Shown: positions 10,354 through 21,106 of the stretch, in pieces
Position numbering within the stretch: the first letter of the stretch is position 1
How the letters are laid out: each line of letters begins with the position of its first letter
Assembly: GCA_963676795.2 (NCBI GenBank)
Contig: CAXXTB010000001.1
Span: 896,001-960,000, forward strand
DNA length: 64,000 nucleotides
Origin: Geopsychrobacteraceae bacterium
GTDB lineage: Bacteria; Desulfobacterota; Desulfuromonadia; Desulfuromonadales; Geopsychrobacteraceae
Reading direction: 5' to 3'
The notes under the pieces: model-generated
Databases searched by the model: none
The model's input: the letters and a program-made list of their open reading frames with translations, nothing else
What the model was told of the DNA's origin: nothing
Translations under genes and position numbers: made by a program

Positions 10354-11406
10354 ATGATCAAAGCTGCCATTGCCAAGCTGGTTGAGCGACAGAATCTGGA
10401 CGAGATCGAAATGATCGAAGCCATGAGTCAGATCATGGGCGGGGAGGCAACCCCGGCTCAGGTCGGTGCTTTCGTGACGGCCTTGCGGATGAAGGGGGAG
10501 ACGATTCCGGAGATCGTCGGCGCGGCCCGGGTCATGCGTGCCCATGCCACACCGATCCGGGTCGGCGATGTTGTCGATATCGACCGTGATGATATCAACC
10601 TCGACCGCGAAACCATCCTCGACACCTGTGGTACCGGCGGCAGCGGGACGCGCAGTTTCAATATTTCAACCACCGTGGCGCTGGTTGTCGCCGCCTGCGG
10701 GGCCAAGGTCGCCAAGCATGGCAACCGCAGCGTTTCTTCGGCCTGCGGCAGCGCCGATGTGCTGGAAAAACTCGGAGTTAAACTCGATATCACCCCCGAA
10801 CTGGTCGGTGAGTGCGTCGACCGGATCGGGGTCGGCTTTCTCTTTGCCCCGGCGCTGCACGGGGCGATGAAATACGCCATCGGTCCGCGCCGTGAGATCG
10901 GTATCCGCACCATTTTCAATCTGCTCGGTCCGCTGACCAACCCGGCCGGTGCGAACCGTCAGGTGCTGGGTGTCTATCGCGAAGACCTGGTCGAGCCGCT
11001 GGCCAAGGTTCTGTTGAGCCTCGGTTGTCGGCGCGGCTTTGTTGTTCACGGCAGCGACGGAATGGATGAAATAACCCTGACCGGGCCGACTCTGGTCGCT
11101 GCGATCAGTGGCAGCAGCGTCGAACTGCAGCAGATCAGCCCGGAGCAGTTCGGTTTCAACAGCTGCCGGCTGGAAGAACTGCAGGGGGGGGATGCCGAGG
11201 CAAATGCCAGGATCATTCTGGCGATTCTGAATGGAGAAACCGGGCCGAAGCGCGATATCGTTCTGCTTAACAGCGCCTATGCTCTGGTTGCCGCCGGGCT
11301 TGCCGCCGATGTCGATAACGGCATTGAACTGGCAAAAATGGCTCTTGATGACGGCCTGGCCAGGGAAAAACTGAATGCACTGATTCGCATGACGAATCAG
11401 TGCTGA
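10354..11406 (+). CDS. trpD: Anthranilate phosphoribosyltransferase
   Basis: [21 protein letters not shown] and [10 protein letters not shown] motifs. Start MIKAAI follows GGGAGAG. Confidence 0.96.
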   Translation: MIKAAIAKLVERQNLDEIEMIEAMSQIMGGEATPAQVGAFVTALRMKGETIPEIVGAARVMRAHATPIRVGDVVDIDRDDINLDRETILDTCGTGGSGTRSFNISTTVALVVAACGAKVAKHGNRSVSSACGSADVLEKLGVKLDITPELVGECVDRIGVGFLFAPALHGAMKYAIGPRREIGIRTIFNLLGPLTNPAGANRQVLGVYREDLVEPLAKVLLSLGCRRGFVVHGSDGMDEITLTGPTLVAAISGSSVELQQISPEQFGFNSCRLEELQGGDAEANARIILAILNGETGPKRDIVLLNSAYALVAAGLAADVDNGIELAKMALDDGLAREKLNALIRMTNQC

Positions 11407-11526
11407 TGGCGTTGCAAAAACTCACCAACTGCTGTGTTGCTGTCATCATCTAGCTGCTTCAGCGTACATGGGTAGCTTTATTGCTTGATCATGACGCATC
11501 TTACATTCGGCGTTTTTTTAGCCATC
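11405..11526. repeat. Degenerate MITE-like intergenic element
   Basis: Ends GATGGC..GCAAAAA / TTTTTTTAGCCATC; degenerate central GCGTAC..GTAGC. Confidence 0.45.
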
Positions 11527-11586
11527 GAGCTGCTGTCCTGATATTTCAGGTCTGACAGGTCACATAATTTTTTACGAGATGGATGA

Positions 11587-12372
11587 ATGATTTTAGCCAA
11601 GATTATCAAAACCAAGGAAGAAGAACTGGTTGCCGCCAAGGCCCGCCAGAGTCAGGGCGATCTGATTCGCCTGATTGCCGATCTTGAAGACCGGCCGCGC
11701 GGTTTCGCCCGCGCTCTGCGCAATATGCGCGATTCCGGCGGAACCGCCGTGATCGCCGAGGTCAAGAAAGCCTCGCCGTCCAGGGGGATCATCCGCGAGG
11801 ATTTCGATCCGCTGGCGATTGCTGAGATCTATCAGCAGGCCGGGGCCACCTGTCTTTCGGTCTTGACCGACGAACAGTATTTCAAGGGGCACCTGCGCTA
11901 CCTGGGGCTGATCCGCGAACAGGTCTATCTGCCGCTCTTACGCAAGGATTTCATGATTGATCCTTACCAGATCTATGAGGCGCGTGCCGCCGGTGCCGAC
12001 GCCATCCTGCTGATCGCTGCAGCTCTGAGCGATGCGCAGATGCATGACCTGGCCGGAGTGGCCAAGGAGCTGAAGCTCGACACCCTGCTGGAGGTGCATA
12101 ACGTAGAAGAGCTGGAGCGGGCGCTGACCATTCCGGTCGACCTGATCGGTATCAATAATCGTGACCTGAAGAGCTTTGTTACCGACATCGGCATCACCGA
12201 GCAGTTGGCGGCGCGGATTCCGGCCCATCAGATCGCGGTTGCCGAGAGTGGCATCCACAATCGTCAGGATGTTGAACGCCTGGGCCGGGCCGGTGCCGGC
12301 GCCTTTCTGGTCGGGGAAAGCCTGATGCGCGAAAAAGATATCGCGGCCAAGCTTAAGGAATTATTGGGCTAG
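11587..12372 (+). CDS. trpC: Indole-3-glycerol phosphate synthase
   Basis: IAEVKKASPS, SVLTD, LRKDF, GINNR and AESGI motifs. Confidence 0.96.
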   Translation: MILAKIIKTKEEELVAAKARQSQGDLIRLIADLEDRPRGFARALRNMRDSGGTAVIAEVKKASPSRGIIREDFDPLAIAEIYQQAGATCLSVLTDEQYFKGHLRYLGLIREQVYLPLLRKDFMIDPYQIYEARAAGADAILLIAAALSDAQMHDLAGVAKELKLDTLLEVHNVEELERALTIPVDLIGINNRDLKSFVTDIGITEQLAARIPAHQIAVAESGIHNRQDVERLGRAGAGAFLVGESLMREKDIAAKLKELLG

Positions 12373-12373
12373 T

Positions 12374-12988
12374 ATGAGAACCCGGATCAAGATCTGTGGT
12401 ATCACCAACCTGGAAGATGCACTGCAGGCCGTCGAGGCCGGAGCCGATGCCCTCGGTTTCGTCTTTTATCGTAAGAGCCCCAGGTGTGTCAGCGCCGAGC
12501 AGGTGCGGGCCATCACTGCTCAGTTGCCCCCCTTTGTCGCCAGGGTCGGGCTGTTCGTCAACGCTCTGCCTGAGTGGATTGAGCAGACCATGGATGCTGC
12601 GGGGTTGAATCTGATACAATTACACGGTGATGAAGCGCCCGAACAGTGCCGTTTCAGTCGCTTTCCGGTGGTCAAGGCGCTGCGCGTCAGGGATGCCGGC
12701 TCGCTCATCGGAGCGGACGCCTATCCGGTAGCGGCTCTGTTGCTCGATGCCTGGAGCGACGACGCCTACGGCGGCACCGGTCACAGCTTTGATTGGCAAC
12801 TGGTGCGCAACCTGACGGCAGCGAGGCCGCTGATCCTGGCCGGTGGTTTGAACCCGGACAATGTGGCGGCAGCGGTCAGAATAGTCAAACCCTATGCGGT
12901 CGATGTCTCGAGCGGTGTCGAGCTTGAACCCGGCCGCAAGGACCATGAGAAAGTCAGAAAATTTATTGAGCAGGTGAGGAACACATGA
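12374..12988 (+). CDS. trpF: Phosphoribosylanthranilate isomerase
   Basis: KICGIT, QLHGDE, GGTG..FDW, LAGGL and VDVSSGVE motifs. Confidence 0.96.
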   Translation: MRTRIKICGITNLEDALQAVEAGADALGFVFYRKSPRCVSAEQVRAITAQLPPFVARVGLFVNALPEWIEQTMDAAGLNLIQLHGDEAPEQCRFSRFPVVKALRVRDAGSLIGADAYPVAALLLDAWSDDAYGGTGHSFDWQLVRNLTAARPLILAGGLNPDNVAAAVRIVKPYAVDVSSGVELEPGRKDHEKVRKFIEQVRNT

Positions 12989-14181
12989 ATTATCATTACC
13001 CGGACGAACGTGGTCATTTTGGCATATATGGTGGGCGCTATGTCGCCGAAACCCTGATGCCCGCACTGCTGGAGCTGGAAGAGGCTTACGCCAAGGTCAA
13101 GGACGATCCTGAATTTCAGCAGGAGTTTGCCTATTACCTGGAGCACTACGTCGGCCGCCCCAGCCCACTCTACTATGCCCGGCGCTTAAGTGAAGAGCTC
13201 GGCGGTGCCAAGATCTACCTCAAACGTGAAGATCTCAACCACACCGGCGCGCACAAGGTCAACAATACTGTCGGCCAGATCCTGCTCGCCCGCCGGATGG
13301 GGAAGAACAAGGTTATCGCCGAGACCGGAGCCGGACAGCACGGGGTTGCGACCGCAACGGTTGCCGCACTATTCGGGATGGAATGCGAAGTCTTTATGGG
13401 CAAGGAGGATATCCGTCGCCAGTCGCTCAACGTCTTCCGCATGAAGTTGCTCGGTGCCAAGGTCCGCGAATGTACCAGCGGGACTATGACCCTGAAGGAT
13501 GCGATGAACGATGCGCTGCGCCACTGGGTCACCCATGTCCGCGACACCTTTTATGTCATCGGCACCGTCGCCGGTCCGCACCCCTATCCGCAGATGGTCC
13601 GCGATTTTCAGTCGGTGATCGGCCGCGAAGCCAGGGAACAGATGCTGGCGGCCGAGGGGCGTCTGCCTGATGCCGCTATCGCCTGTATCGGTGGCGGCTC
13701 CAACGCCATGGGGTTGTTCTATCCGTTTATCAAGGACACTGATGTGCGCCTGATCGGTGTCGAGGCAGCCGGGTTCGGCGTCGATACCAACAAGCACGCC
13801 GCTTCGATCTCCGCCGGTGCGCCGGGGGTTCTGCATGGTAACAAGACCTACCTGCTGCAGGATAGCGATGGCCAGATCGAGCATGCCCATTCCATTTCCG
13901 CCGGTCTCGACTATCCGGGGGTCGGGCCGGAACACGCCCACCTCAACGATATCAAGCGGGCGGAATATGTTTCGATCACCGATGATGAGGCGCTTGATGC
14001 CTTCCAGAAGCTGACCCGTGTCGAAGGGATCATCCCGGCTCTTGAGAGCGCCCACGCGATTGCCCAGGTGATAAAGCTGGCGCCGACCATGAGTAAGGAC
14101 CAGAGCCTGCTGGTCTGCCTATCCGGCCGTGGCGACAAGGATATTCATACCGTCGCCGATGCCATGAAAGTTGAACTCTAA
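12985..14181 (+). CDS. trpB: Tryptophan synthase beta chain
   Basis: [14 protein letters not shown] lysine, [15 protein letters not shown] and SGRGDKD motifs. Confidence 0.97.
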   Translation: MNYHYPDERGHFGIYGGRYVAETLMPALLELEEAYAKVKDDPEFQQEFAYYLEHYVGRPSPLYYARRLSEELGGAKIYLKREDLNHTGAHKVNNTVGQILLARRMGKNKVIAETGAGQHGVATATVAALFGMECEVFMGKEDIRRQSLNVFRMKLLGAKVRECTSGTMTLKDAMNDALRHWVTHVRDTFYVIGTVAGPHPYPQMVRDFQSVIGREAREQMLAAEGRLPDAAIACIGGGSNAMGLFYPFIKDTDVRLIGVEAAGFGVDTNKHAASISAGAPGVLHGNKTYLLQDSDGQIEHAHSISAGLDYPGVGPEHAHLNDIKRAEYVSITDDEALDAFQKLTRVEGIIPALESAHAIAQVIKLAPTMSKDQSLLVCLSGRGDKDIHTVADAMKVEL

Positions 14182-15507
14182 ATGGAATTTACCGAACTTA
14201 ATCTGCCGGAAGAAGTGCTCAAGGGGATCGCTGAGGCCGGATTCACCAATCTGACCCCGGTCCAGGAAGAATCGATTCCGCTCGCGCTTGGCGGCAAGGA
14301 TGTTGCTGCCCAGGCCCAGACCGGTACCGGCAAGACCGCAGCGTTCCTGATTTCCCTGTTCTGCAAACTGCGTGGCGGTCAAGGCTCGACCGACAACAGC
14401 CCGCGTGCTCTGGTCATGGCTCCGACCCGCGAGCTGGTGGTGCAGATCTGCAAGGATGCCGAAACCCTCGGGCAATTTACCGGCATCAAGGTTCAGCCGA
14501 TCTTTGGCGGCATGGATTACGAAAAGCAGCGTCAGGCGCTCAAGGACGGGGTTGATATCATCGTCGCCACCCCTGGGCGGCTGATCGACTACTACAAGCA
14601 GCGGGTTTTTTCGCTGAACAAGGTCGAGGCGCTGGTCATCGATGAGGCCGACCGGATGTTCGACATGGGCTTTATCAAGGATCTGCGTTATCTGCTGCGC
14701 AAACTGCCCAGTTTCGATAAGCGCCAGACCATGCTCTTTTCGGCGACTCTGTCGAGCCGGGTCATGGAGCTGGCCTACGAGTTCATGAACATTGCCGAAA
14801 AGGTTTCAATCGCTCCTGAACAGGTGGCCGCCGAACGGATCGAGCAGACGCTGTTTCATGTTGGTCGTGATGAAAAGTTTGCCCTGTTGCTTGGGCAGCT
14901 CAAGCGCGAAACCGGGGTCGAACGGGTCATGCTCTTTGTCAATACCAAGATCGAGGCGGAACGCCTCAACGCACTGCTTGAGGCTAACGGGATTTCCAGT
15001 GCGCTGATCTCCGGGGATATTGCCCAGAAGAAGCGGATGCGGATTCTCGAGCAGTTTAAGCAGGGGGAGTTGACCCACCTGGTGGCTACTGATGTCGCTT
15101 CGCGGGGGATTCATGTCGATGGCGTAACCCATGTCATCAATTACGATCTGCCGCAGGATCGTGAAGATTACGTCCACCGCATCGGCCGGACGGCGCGTGC
15201 CGGGGCAACCGGGAGGGCGATCAGCTTTGCTGATGAAGAATCGGTCTACGCCCTGGCCGATATCGAGGACTATCTCGGTTTCAAGATTCCCAGTGAGATT
15301 CCCTGCGATGAGGATTTTGTCTTTGAGTACAAAAAGGCCAATCCCCGTCGCAAGCGCCCGGCGCCTGACAAGAGAGGGAGCAGGACGGGGGATAGAAAAG
15401 CGGCCAAGCCTGGTGACCCGGATCAAAAGAAGCGCAGCCGTCCGCGGCGCAGAAAGCGTATGAAGCCAGCTGGCGAAGGTGGGGCGACTCCGGCTGAACC
15501 CTCCTGA
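14182..15507 (+). CDS. DEAD-box ATP-dependent RNA helicase (RhlB-like)
   Basis: AQTGTGKT, PTREL, DEAD, SAT and HRIGRTAR motifs; basic C-terminal tail. Confidence 0.93.
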   Translation: MEFTELNLPEEVLKGIAEAGFTNLTPVQEESIPLALGGKDVAAQAQTGTGKTAAFLISLFCKLRGGQGSTDNSPRALVMAPTRELVVQICKDAETLGQFTGIKVQPIFGGMDYEKQRQALKDGVDIIVATPGRLIDYYKQRVFSLNKVEALVIDEADRMFDMGFIKDLRYLLRKLPSFDKRQTMLFSATLSSRVMELAYEFMNIAEKVSIAPEQVAAERIEQTLFHVGRDEKFALLLGQLKRETGVERVMLFVNTKIEAERLNALLEANGISSALISGDIAQKKRMRILEQFKQGELTHLVATDVASRGIHVDGVTHVINYDLPQDREDYVHRIGRTARAGATGRAISFADEESVYALADIEDYLGFKIPSEIPCDEDFVFEYKKANPRRKRPAPDKRGSRTGDRKAAKPGDPDQKKRSRPRRRKRMKPAGEGGATPAEPS

Positions 15508-15616
15508 GTCGTTCGCTTTGAAAAAGCTGTTGAAAGCGGGCAGCGGGTTCCATTAGACTAATCCTTTTGGCTCGGCATAAGGCCGGGCTGATGCAGCCGG
15601 GAAGAACGATATCAAG

Positions 15617-16411
15617 ATGTCACGTATAGATACAACCTTTGCAGCGTTGAAAGCGCAGGGCAAGACCGCCCTGATTCCGTTTATTACTGCCGGTGATCCG
15701 GATCAGCAGACGACTGTCGAGCTGCTTTTGACCCTGGCTGAAGCCGGGGCTGATCTGATCGAGCTTGGGGTGCCATTTTCCGATCCGATGGCCGACGGGC
15801 CGACTATTCAGGCCGCTTCCGAGCGGGCTTTGGCCGCCGGGATGACCCTAGCCGGGGTGCTGGAGATCGTCACCGAGGTGCGTAAGAGTTCTCAGGTGCC
15901 GCTGGTGCTGATGGGCTACTACAACCCGATCTTCCGTTATGGCATCGAGCGTTTTGCCACCGATGCGGTCGAGGCCGGGGTCGATGCCCTGCTGCTGGTC
16001 GACCTGCCGCCGGAAGAAGCCGGGGAGATCAGCGCTGTGACCAGCGAGGCCGGTTTGTCACTGATTACCCTGCTGGCTCCGACCACCCCGCGTGGACGGA
16101 TGGAAAAACTGGCGGCAGCGGCGCAAGGTTATCTTTACTACGTGTCGATGACCGGTGTTACCGGGGCACAGAAGATCACTCCGGCGGATATTCAGGCCTC
16201 TGTAGAGGAGCTTAAGAGTATGACCGATATTCCGGTCGGGGTCGGCTTCGGGATTACCACGGCTGAGGATGCCGCCGCGGTCGGTGCCTTTGCCGACGGT
16301 GTCGTGGTCGGCAGCGCTCTGGTCAAGGTGATCGAGGCCAACAGTGGCAGTGCGCAGTTGCTGGACAAGGTCAGGGCGTTTATCGCTGATCTCAAATCCG
16401 GACTCAAGTAA
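15617..16411 (+). CDS. trpA: Tryptophan synthase alpha chain
   Basis: IELGVPFSDPMADGPTIQ, YYVSMTGVTG and VGFGI motifs. Confidence 0.97.
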   Translation: MSRIDTTFAALKAQGKTALIPFITAGDPDQQTTVELLLTLAEAGADLIELGVPFSDPMADGPTIQAASERALAAGMTLAGVLEIVTEVRKSSQVPLVLMGYYNPIFRYGIERFATDAVEAGVDALLLVDLPPEEAGEISAVTSEAGLSLITLLAPTTPRGRMEKLAAAAQGYLYYVSMTGVTGAQKITPADIQASVEELKSMTDIPVGVGFGITTAEDAAAVGAFADGVVVGSALVKVIEANSGSAQLLDKVRAFIADLKSGLK

Positions 16412-16470
16412 ACGCAAGTGTTTTTTCGGTGGTGAAAAAGCCTGCCGGAATATGAAGTTAAGAGGAAAAT

Positions 16471-17325
16471 ATGGTCTGGTTTCGTGCCAAAAATACGTTA
16501 AAGACAACCCCGGGAAAGAAGAGTGTTCAGGTTCCCGAAGGGGTCTGGACCAAGTGCAAGAACTGTCAGGAAATCATCTACGCCAAGGAAATCGAGCGTA
16601 ATCTCAATGTCTGCCCCAAGTGCGATTATCACTTCCGCATCGGCGCCCGTGAGCGGATCAGTCTGATCCTTGATGAGGGGTCTTTTGTCGAGATGGACGC
16701 CAATGTCCGTTCGGTTGATTTCCTCGACTTCAAGGATTCCCAGAAGTACAAAGAGCGGATCAAGGCGGCCGTCAAGAAGTCCGGTGATGGTGATGCGGTG
16801 ATCTGCGGCGATGGGAAGATCGACGGCCTGCCGGTTGTTGTCGCTGTCTTCGATTTCGAGTTTATGGGGGGCAGTATGGGCTCGGTTGTTGGTGAAAAGA
16901 TCACCAGGACGATCGAACGCGGCCTCAAGAACGAGGTGCCGGTGCTGATCTTTTCATCATCGGGCGGCGCGCGAATGCAGGAGAGCATCATGTCGCTGAT
17001 GCAGATGGCCAAGACCAGCGCGGCTCTGGCCAAACTCAAGGCCGCCGGCATCCCTTACATCTCCATCCTGACCGATCCGACCACCGGCGGGGTGACCGCC
17101 AGCTTCGCCATGCTCGGTGACCTGAATATCGCCGAGCCGCGGGCGCTGATCGGTTTTGCCGGCCCGCGAGTTATCGAGCAGACGATCCGCCAGACCTTAC
17201 CGGATGGCTTTCAACGTTCTGAATACCTGCTCGAGCACGGTATGCTCGATATGATCGTAGCGCGCAAGGAGATGAAGCAGAAGCTGTCCCAGATTCTGCG
17301 CATCTACACCAAGCAGCCTGCATGA
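16471..17325 (+). CDS. accD: Acetyl-CoA carboxylase carboxyltransferase beta subunit
   Basis: Zn finger [21 protein letters not shown] and PTTGGV motifs. Confidence 0.96.
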   Translation: MVWFRAKNTLKTTPGKKSVQVPEGVWTKCKNCQEIIYAKEIERNLNVCPKCDYHFRIGARERISLILDEGSFVEMDANVRSVDFLDFKDSQKYKERIKAAVKKSGDGDAVICGDGKIDGLPVVVAVFDFEFMGGSMGSVVGEKITRTIERGLKNEVPVLIFSSSGGARMQESIMSLMQMAKTSAALAKLKAAGIPYISILTDPTTGGVTASFAMLGDLNIAEPRALIGFAGPRVIEQTIRQTLPDGFQRSEYLLEHGMLDMIVARKEMKQKLSQILRIYTKQPA

Positions 17326-18617
17326 GTGAGGGCTACCGGGAGACGCTCGACTATCTCTACTCCCTGCAGTTCTTCGGTATCAAGCTGGGGCTGGAGAATA
17401 CCCGTCTACTGCTGGAGCGCTGCGGCAATCCGCACCGGGATCTGAAGCTCATTCATGTCGCCGGAACCAACGGCAAGGGATCGACCGTGGCGACTCTGGC
17501 CTCGGTGTTCCATCAGGCGGGGATCCGGGCGGGTCTCTATACCTCTCCCCATCTGCACAATTTCTCTGAAAGAATCAGGGTCGATACCCTGCCGATCAGC
17601 GAGGCCGAGATCGTTGCGCTGACCCGCGAGTTGCGTCCGCATGCCGAAGAGTTGCGTGCGACCTTCTTTGAGGTGACGACGGTCATGGCTCTGCTCCATT
17701 TTCAGCGTAGCGGTGCCGAGTGGGCGATTCTTGAAACCGGTATGGGTGGCCGTCTCGACGCGACCAACCTGGTGACTCCTGAGCTGTGCCTGCTGACGCC
17801 GGTCGCCCTGGATCACACCCAGGCCCTGGGCGGAACTCTTGCCGAGGTGGCACTTGAAAAGGCCGGGATCCTCAAGCCGGGGGTTGCTGCCCTGACAGCG
17901 CAGCAACCAGCTGAGGTTCTCGAAGTTTTCGAGCGGGCCGCCAAGGAGCGTCACCTGCCACTTTATAAAGCTGGGGCGGATTTTTTCTGTACAGAAACGC
18001 CTGATGGCCTGTGTCTGCAGGGGTTCGGTACGCGTCTGGACAAAATTCGTTCCGGTCTTGTCGGGCGGCACCAGCAGCAGAACCTGGGGCTGGCGGCGGC
18101 GGCCATCTTCTGGCTGAACAGCCAGGAGGCGGTCAGGATCTCAGCCGCTCAGATCGTCCGGGGGCTTGAGCAGGTGCGCTGGCCCGGCCGTCTGGAGTGG
18201 CTGACGCCTCGCCTGTTGATCGACGGGGCGCACAACCCGGCGGGGGCTTTGACCCTGGCCGCTTATCTGCAGGATATTGATGTCAAAGGTGTCCGGCTGG
18301 TGGTCGGTTGCAAGGAGGATAAGGACTGGCGCCAGCTGCTCAAGCCGTTGCTGCCATTTTGTCGTGCCCTTTATGCGACAAAGCCTCCCGTCGACGTTGC
18401 TGCCGATCCGCAGGCGATGGCTGCGTATGCCAGTGCGGAGGCTCTTTCGGCCCAGGTCTGTGAGTGTCCGGCGGAGGCTGTCGATCAGGCTGTCGCGGAG
18501 AGTGACAGCGGGGAGATCGTCGTTGTCGCCGGTTCCCTGTTTCTGGTCGCTGCGGTTCGCGAGCATCTTCTGCCCGCAACTGATTTACTGAAAATTAGCG
18601 CATCTACGGAATTGTGA
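17322..18617 (+). CDS. folC: Folylpolyglutamate synthase/dihydrofolate synthase
   Basis: [33 protein letters not shown] and DGAHN motifs. Confidence 0.95.
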   Translation: MSEGYRETLDYLYSLQFFGIKLGLENTRLLLERCGNPHRDLKLIHVAGTNGKGSTVATLASVFHQAGIRAGLYTSPHLHNFSERIRVDTLPISEAEIVALTRELRPHAEELRATFFEVTTVMALLHFQRSGAEWAILETGMGGRLDATNLVTPELCLLTPVALDHTQALGGTLAEVALEKAGILKPGVAALTAQQPAEVLEVFERAAKERHLPLYKAGADFFCTETPDGLCLQGFGTRLDKIRSGLVGRHQQQNLGLAAAAIFWLNSQEAVRISAAQIVRGLEQVRWPGRLEWLTPRLLIDGAHNPAGALTLAAYLQDIDVKGVRLVVGCKEDKDWRQLLKPLLPFCRALYATKPPVDVAADPQAMAAYASAEALSAQVCECPAEAVDQAVAESDSGEIVVVAGSLFLVAAVREHLLPATDLLKISASTEL

Positions 18618-20647
18618 TGAAGTTACCTGCTGTTGTCTTGTTTTTTCTGTTGCTTGTCCCCGGACTGGCTGTTGCCGCCGATTTGTCGCAGTTGGGGAGT
18701 TCCGGGGAGCCCGTTGAGCTTGAAGCCGACAGTCTGAGTTATGACCGGAGCAGCGGCGAATATCGGGCCGCTGGCGATGTGCATCTGCGCCAGGGGGAGT
18801 TTGAGGTCACCGGCGAAGAGTTGCACTGGAATCAGCAGAGCGGCGAGCTGAATGCCGATGGCGGAGTGACCCTGAGCTCGCCTGAGGATACCCTGAGCGG
18901 ATCACGGGCCAGGTACAACCTGCAGAGCAATACCGGGATGGTTGAGGATGGCTATTTTTTTCTGCATGCTGAGAATCTGCACGTCCGCGGGACGGCCATC
19001 GAGCGGCGTGGTGAGTCCCAGTTTCATATCGAAGCCGGTGTCTTTACCACCTGTAATGGCGACTCACCGTCCTGGAAATTCGGAGCCAGCCAGCTTGATG
19101 TCACCCTCGGGGGCTATGCGCGGGCAAAAAATGCTGTTTTTTACCTGAAGGATATTCCGGTTTTCTACTTTCCCTACCTGGTCTACCCGGTCAAGACCGA
19201 GCGTGAATCGGGCCTGCTGATCCCTTCTTTCAGTTATTCCAGTACCAAGGGGGTCGGTTTCAGCCAGGCCTATTATCAGGTGATAGCGGATAATCAGGAC
19301 GCCACCCTGTACCTCGATTACCTGTCTGAGGCGGGTGTCGGCAAGGGGCTGGAGTATCGCTATATCTTTGGCCTGGATAACGCGGGTGAGGCACAGATTT
19401 ATCATATCGACGTCAACAGGATCGACGGTGACACGATCGACGAGGAACGCTATGCCATGTCCTTGACGCATAACGGTACCCTGCCCGGCGAAGTCAGACT
19501 TCGGGCTGACCTGGAATACGTCAACGACAATGATTATTTTTCCGATTTTGGTGAGCTGGCCGACGAGTATAACAAGGATGAAGTTCAGTCCGACCTGTCA
19601 CTGCAGAAGAACTGGGGAAAGTTCAGCCTGCTCGGTGCGCTGCGCTATACTGAAGATCTGGAGACTGACGATGACACAACCCTTCAGCTGTTGCCAAGAA
19701 TCACCCTTGAGGGGGGGCGGCAGCGTATAGCCGATAGCTTCCTGTTTTACAGTCTGTTCAGTGAATACAGTCATTTCTGGCGGGAAGAGGGGCAGACCGG
19801 ACAGCGGATGATGGTCAGACCTGCTCTGTCGACGACCCTGCCGTTTGGCGGCGTCGCCAGTCTGACGCCTGAGCTGGCCTATCGCCAGCGCTATTACTGG
19901 GATATCAGTGGTGATGATGATACCCGGGAGGTCGGCCTGCCGGAAGTCAGGGTTTCTCTGAACAGCCGTGTGCAGCGAACCTTTGAAACTGATTCTGCTG
20001 CGCTTTCCAGGCTGCGCCATGTTATCGAACCGGAGCTGGTGTACAGCTACATTGGCGATGAGGATCAGTCGGAGATTCCGGTATTTGACAGCTATGACCA
20101 GATCGATGAGGAGAACCAGCTTGAATATGCCCTGATTCAGCGTTTCAAGGGGCGCTTCGAGCGGGATGGTCAGAGCGAATATCGCGACCTTGCCTACCTG
20201 CGTACCTCGCTGATTGAAGATCTGGACAGCGAAAATGACAGTATTCTGAACGGCTTCAGGAATGAGCTGCGCCTGACCCCCTTCGACGGATTGTCCTTCG
20301 CTGCTGACGCAACCCTTGATCTGGATAACGGGGACTGGGAGGAGATTGGCGCAGAGACGGATATTGTTGTTCAGCAGAACAATTCTTTACGGCTGCGGTA
20401 TCAGCGCAATCTCGACGAATCTCTCGATTACGGGCGCCTTGACCTGAGCGTCGGGATACTGGCGCCGATCTATCTGAATTATCAGCAACGCTACGATTTT
20501 GTCGATGATGAGGTCGTTGAGGAGGTTGTTGCTCTCGAATACCGTCAGCAGTGCTGGAGCCTGTTCCTGACCTATCGCGATCATGACGACAGTCAGTCGC
20601 TGATGGTGAATTTCAGTCTGAGTGGATTGAGCACATCCGGCAGGTGA
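18614..20647 (+). CDS. lptD: LPS-assembly protein LptD
   Basis: Signal peptide; OstA-like N-terminus; FTTC; PVFYFPY..RESGLL; RHVIEP; C-terminal YRQQCW. Confidence 0.88.
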   Translation: MMKLPAVVLFFLLLVPGLAVAADLSQLGSSGEPVELEADSLSYDRSSGEYRAAGDVHLRQGEFEVTGEELHWNQQSGELNADGGVTLSSPEDTLSGSRARYNLQSNTGMVEDGYFFLHAENLHVRGTAIERRGESQFHIEAGVFTTCNGDSPSWKFGASQLDVTLGGYARAKNAVFYLKDIPVFYFPYLVYPVKTERESGLLIPSFSYSSTKGVGFSQAYYQVIADNQDATLYLDYLSEAGVGKGLEYRYIFGLDNAGEAQIYHIDVNRIDGDTIDEERYAMSLTHNGTLPGEVRLRADLEYVNDNDYFSDFGELADEYNKDEVQSDLSLQKNWGKFSLLGALRYTEDLETDDDTTLQLLPRITLEGGRQRIADSFLFYSLFSEYSHFWREEGQTGQRMMVRPALSTTLPFGGVASLTPELAYRQRYYWDISGDDDTREVGLPEVRVSLNSRVQRTFETDSAALSRLRHVIEPELVYSYIGDEDQSEIPVFDSYDQIDEENQLEYALIQRFKGRFERDGQSEYRDLAYLRTSLIEDLDSENDSILNGFRNELRLTPFDGLSFAADATLDLDNGDWEEIGAETDIVVQQNNSLRLRYQRNLDESLDYGRLDLSVGILAPIYLNYQQRYDFVDDEVVEEVVALEYRQQCWSLFLTYRDHDDSQSLMVNFSLSGLSTSGR

Positions 20648-20752
20648 GCTAACCGCCTCGGCGGGAGCTGAGCGGCGACGTAAAAGAGAGTTGACCTGTA
20701 TTCACGACCATGCGAATCTGCCTAGCTGTATGGAGCGTGTGAGGAAAGGGTC

Positions 20753-21106
20753 ATGAAGGGGTTGAATGTGGCGTCAGAGCAGGAAGCGATGGAGTCCGGA
20801 CCGAAAAATCTGCTGAGCATCTGTCTGGTGATAGTCATCCTGCTTTTGTGCGCCTATGCAATTTTTGGTAACCGTGGCGTGATGCGTATACTGCAGGCCC
20901 GTGAGCAACAGCACCAGCTCGAGCAGCAGCTGGCCGAGCTGAAAGAGCAGCAGCAGCAACTTCATGAAGAAATACGTCGTTTGAAGGAAGATAAGAGCTA
21001 TTGGGAGCAGCTGGCGCGTACCCGTCTGGGAATGGTGCGCGAGGGCGAGCTGATCTATCACATCCCCGATGGCGATGAGCATAAACCAGAGACAGGATCA
21101 AAATGA
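20753..21106 (+). CDS. ftsB: Septum formation initiator (FtsB/DivIC family)
   Basis: Single TM helix, coiled coil, EQLARTRLGMVREGE motif; start uncertain. Confidence 0.85.
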   Translation: MKGLNVASEQEAMESGPKNLLSICLVIVILLLCAYAIFGNRGVMRILQAREQQHQLEQQLAELKEQQQQLHEEIRRLKEDKSYWEQLARTRLGMVREGELIYHIPDGDEHKPETGSK

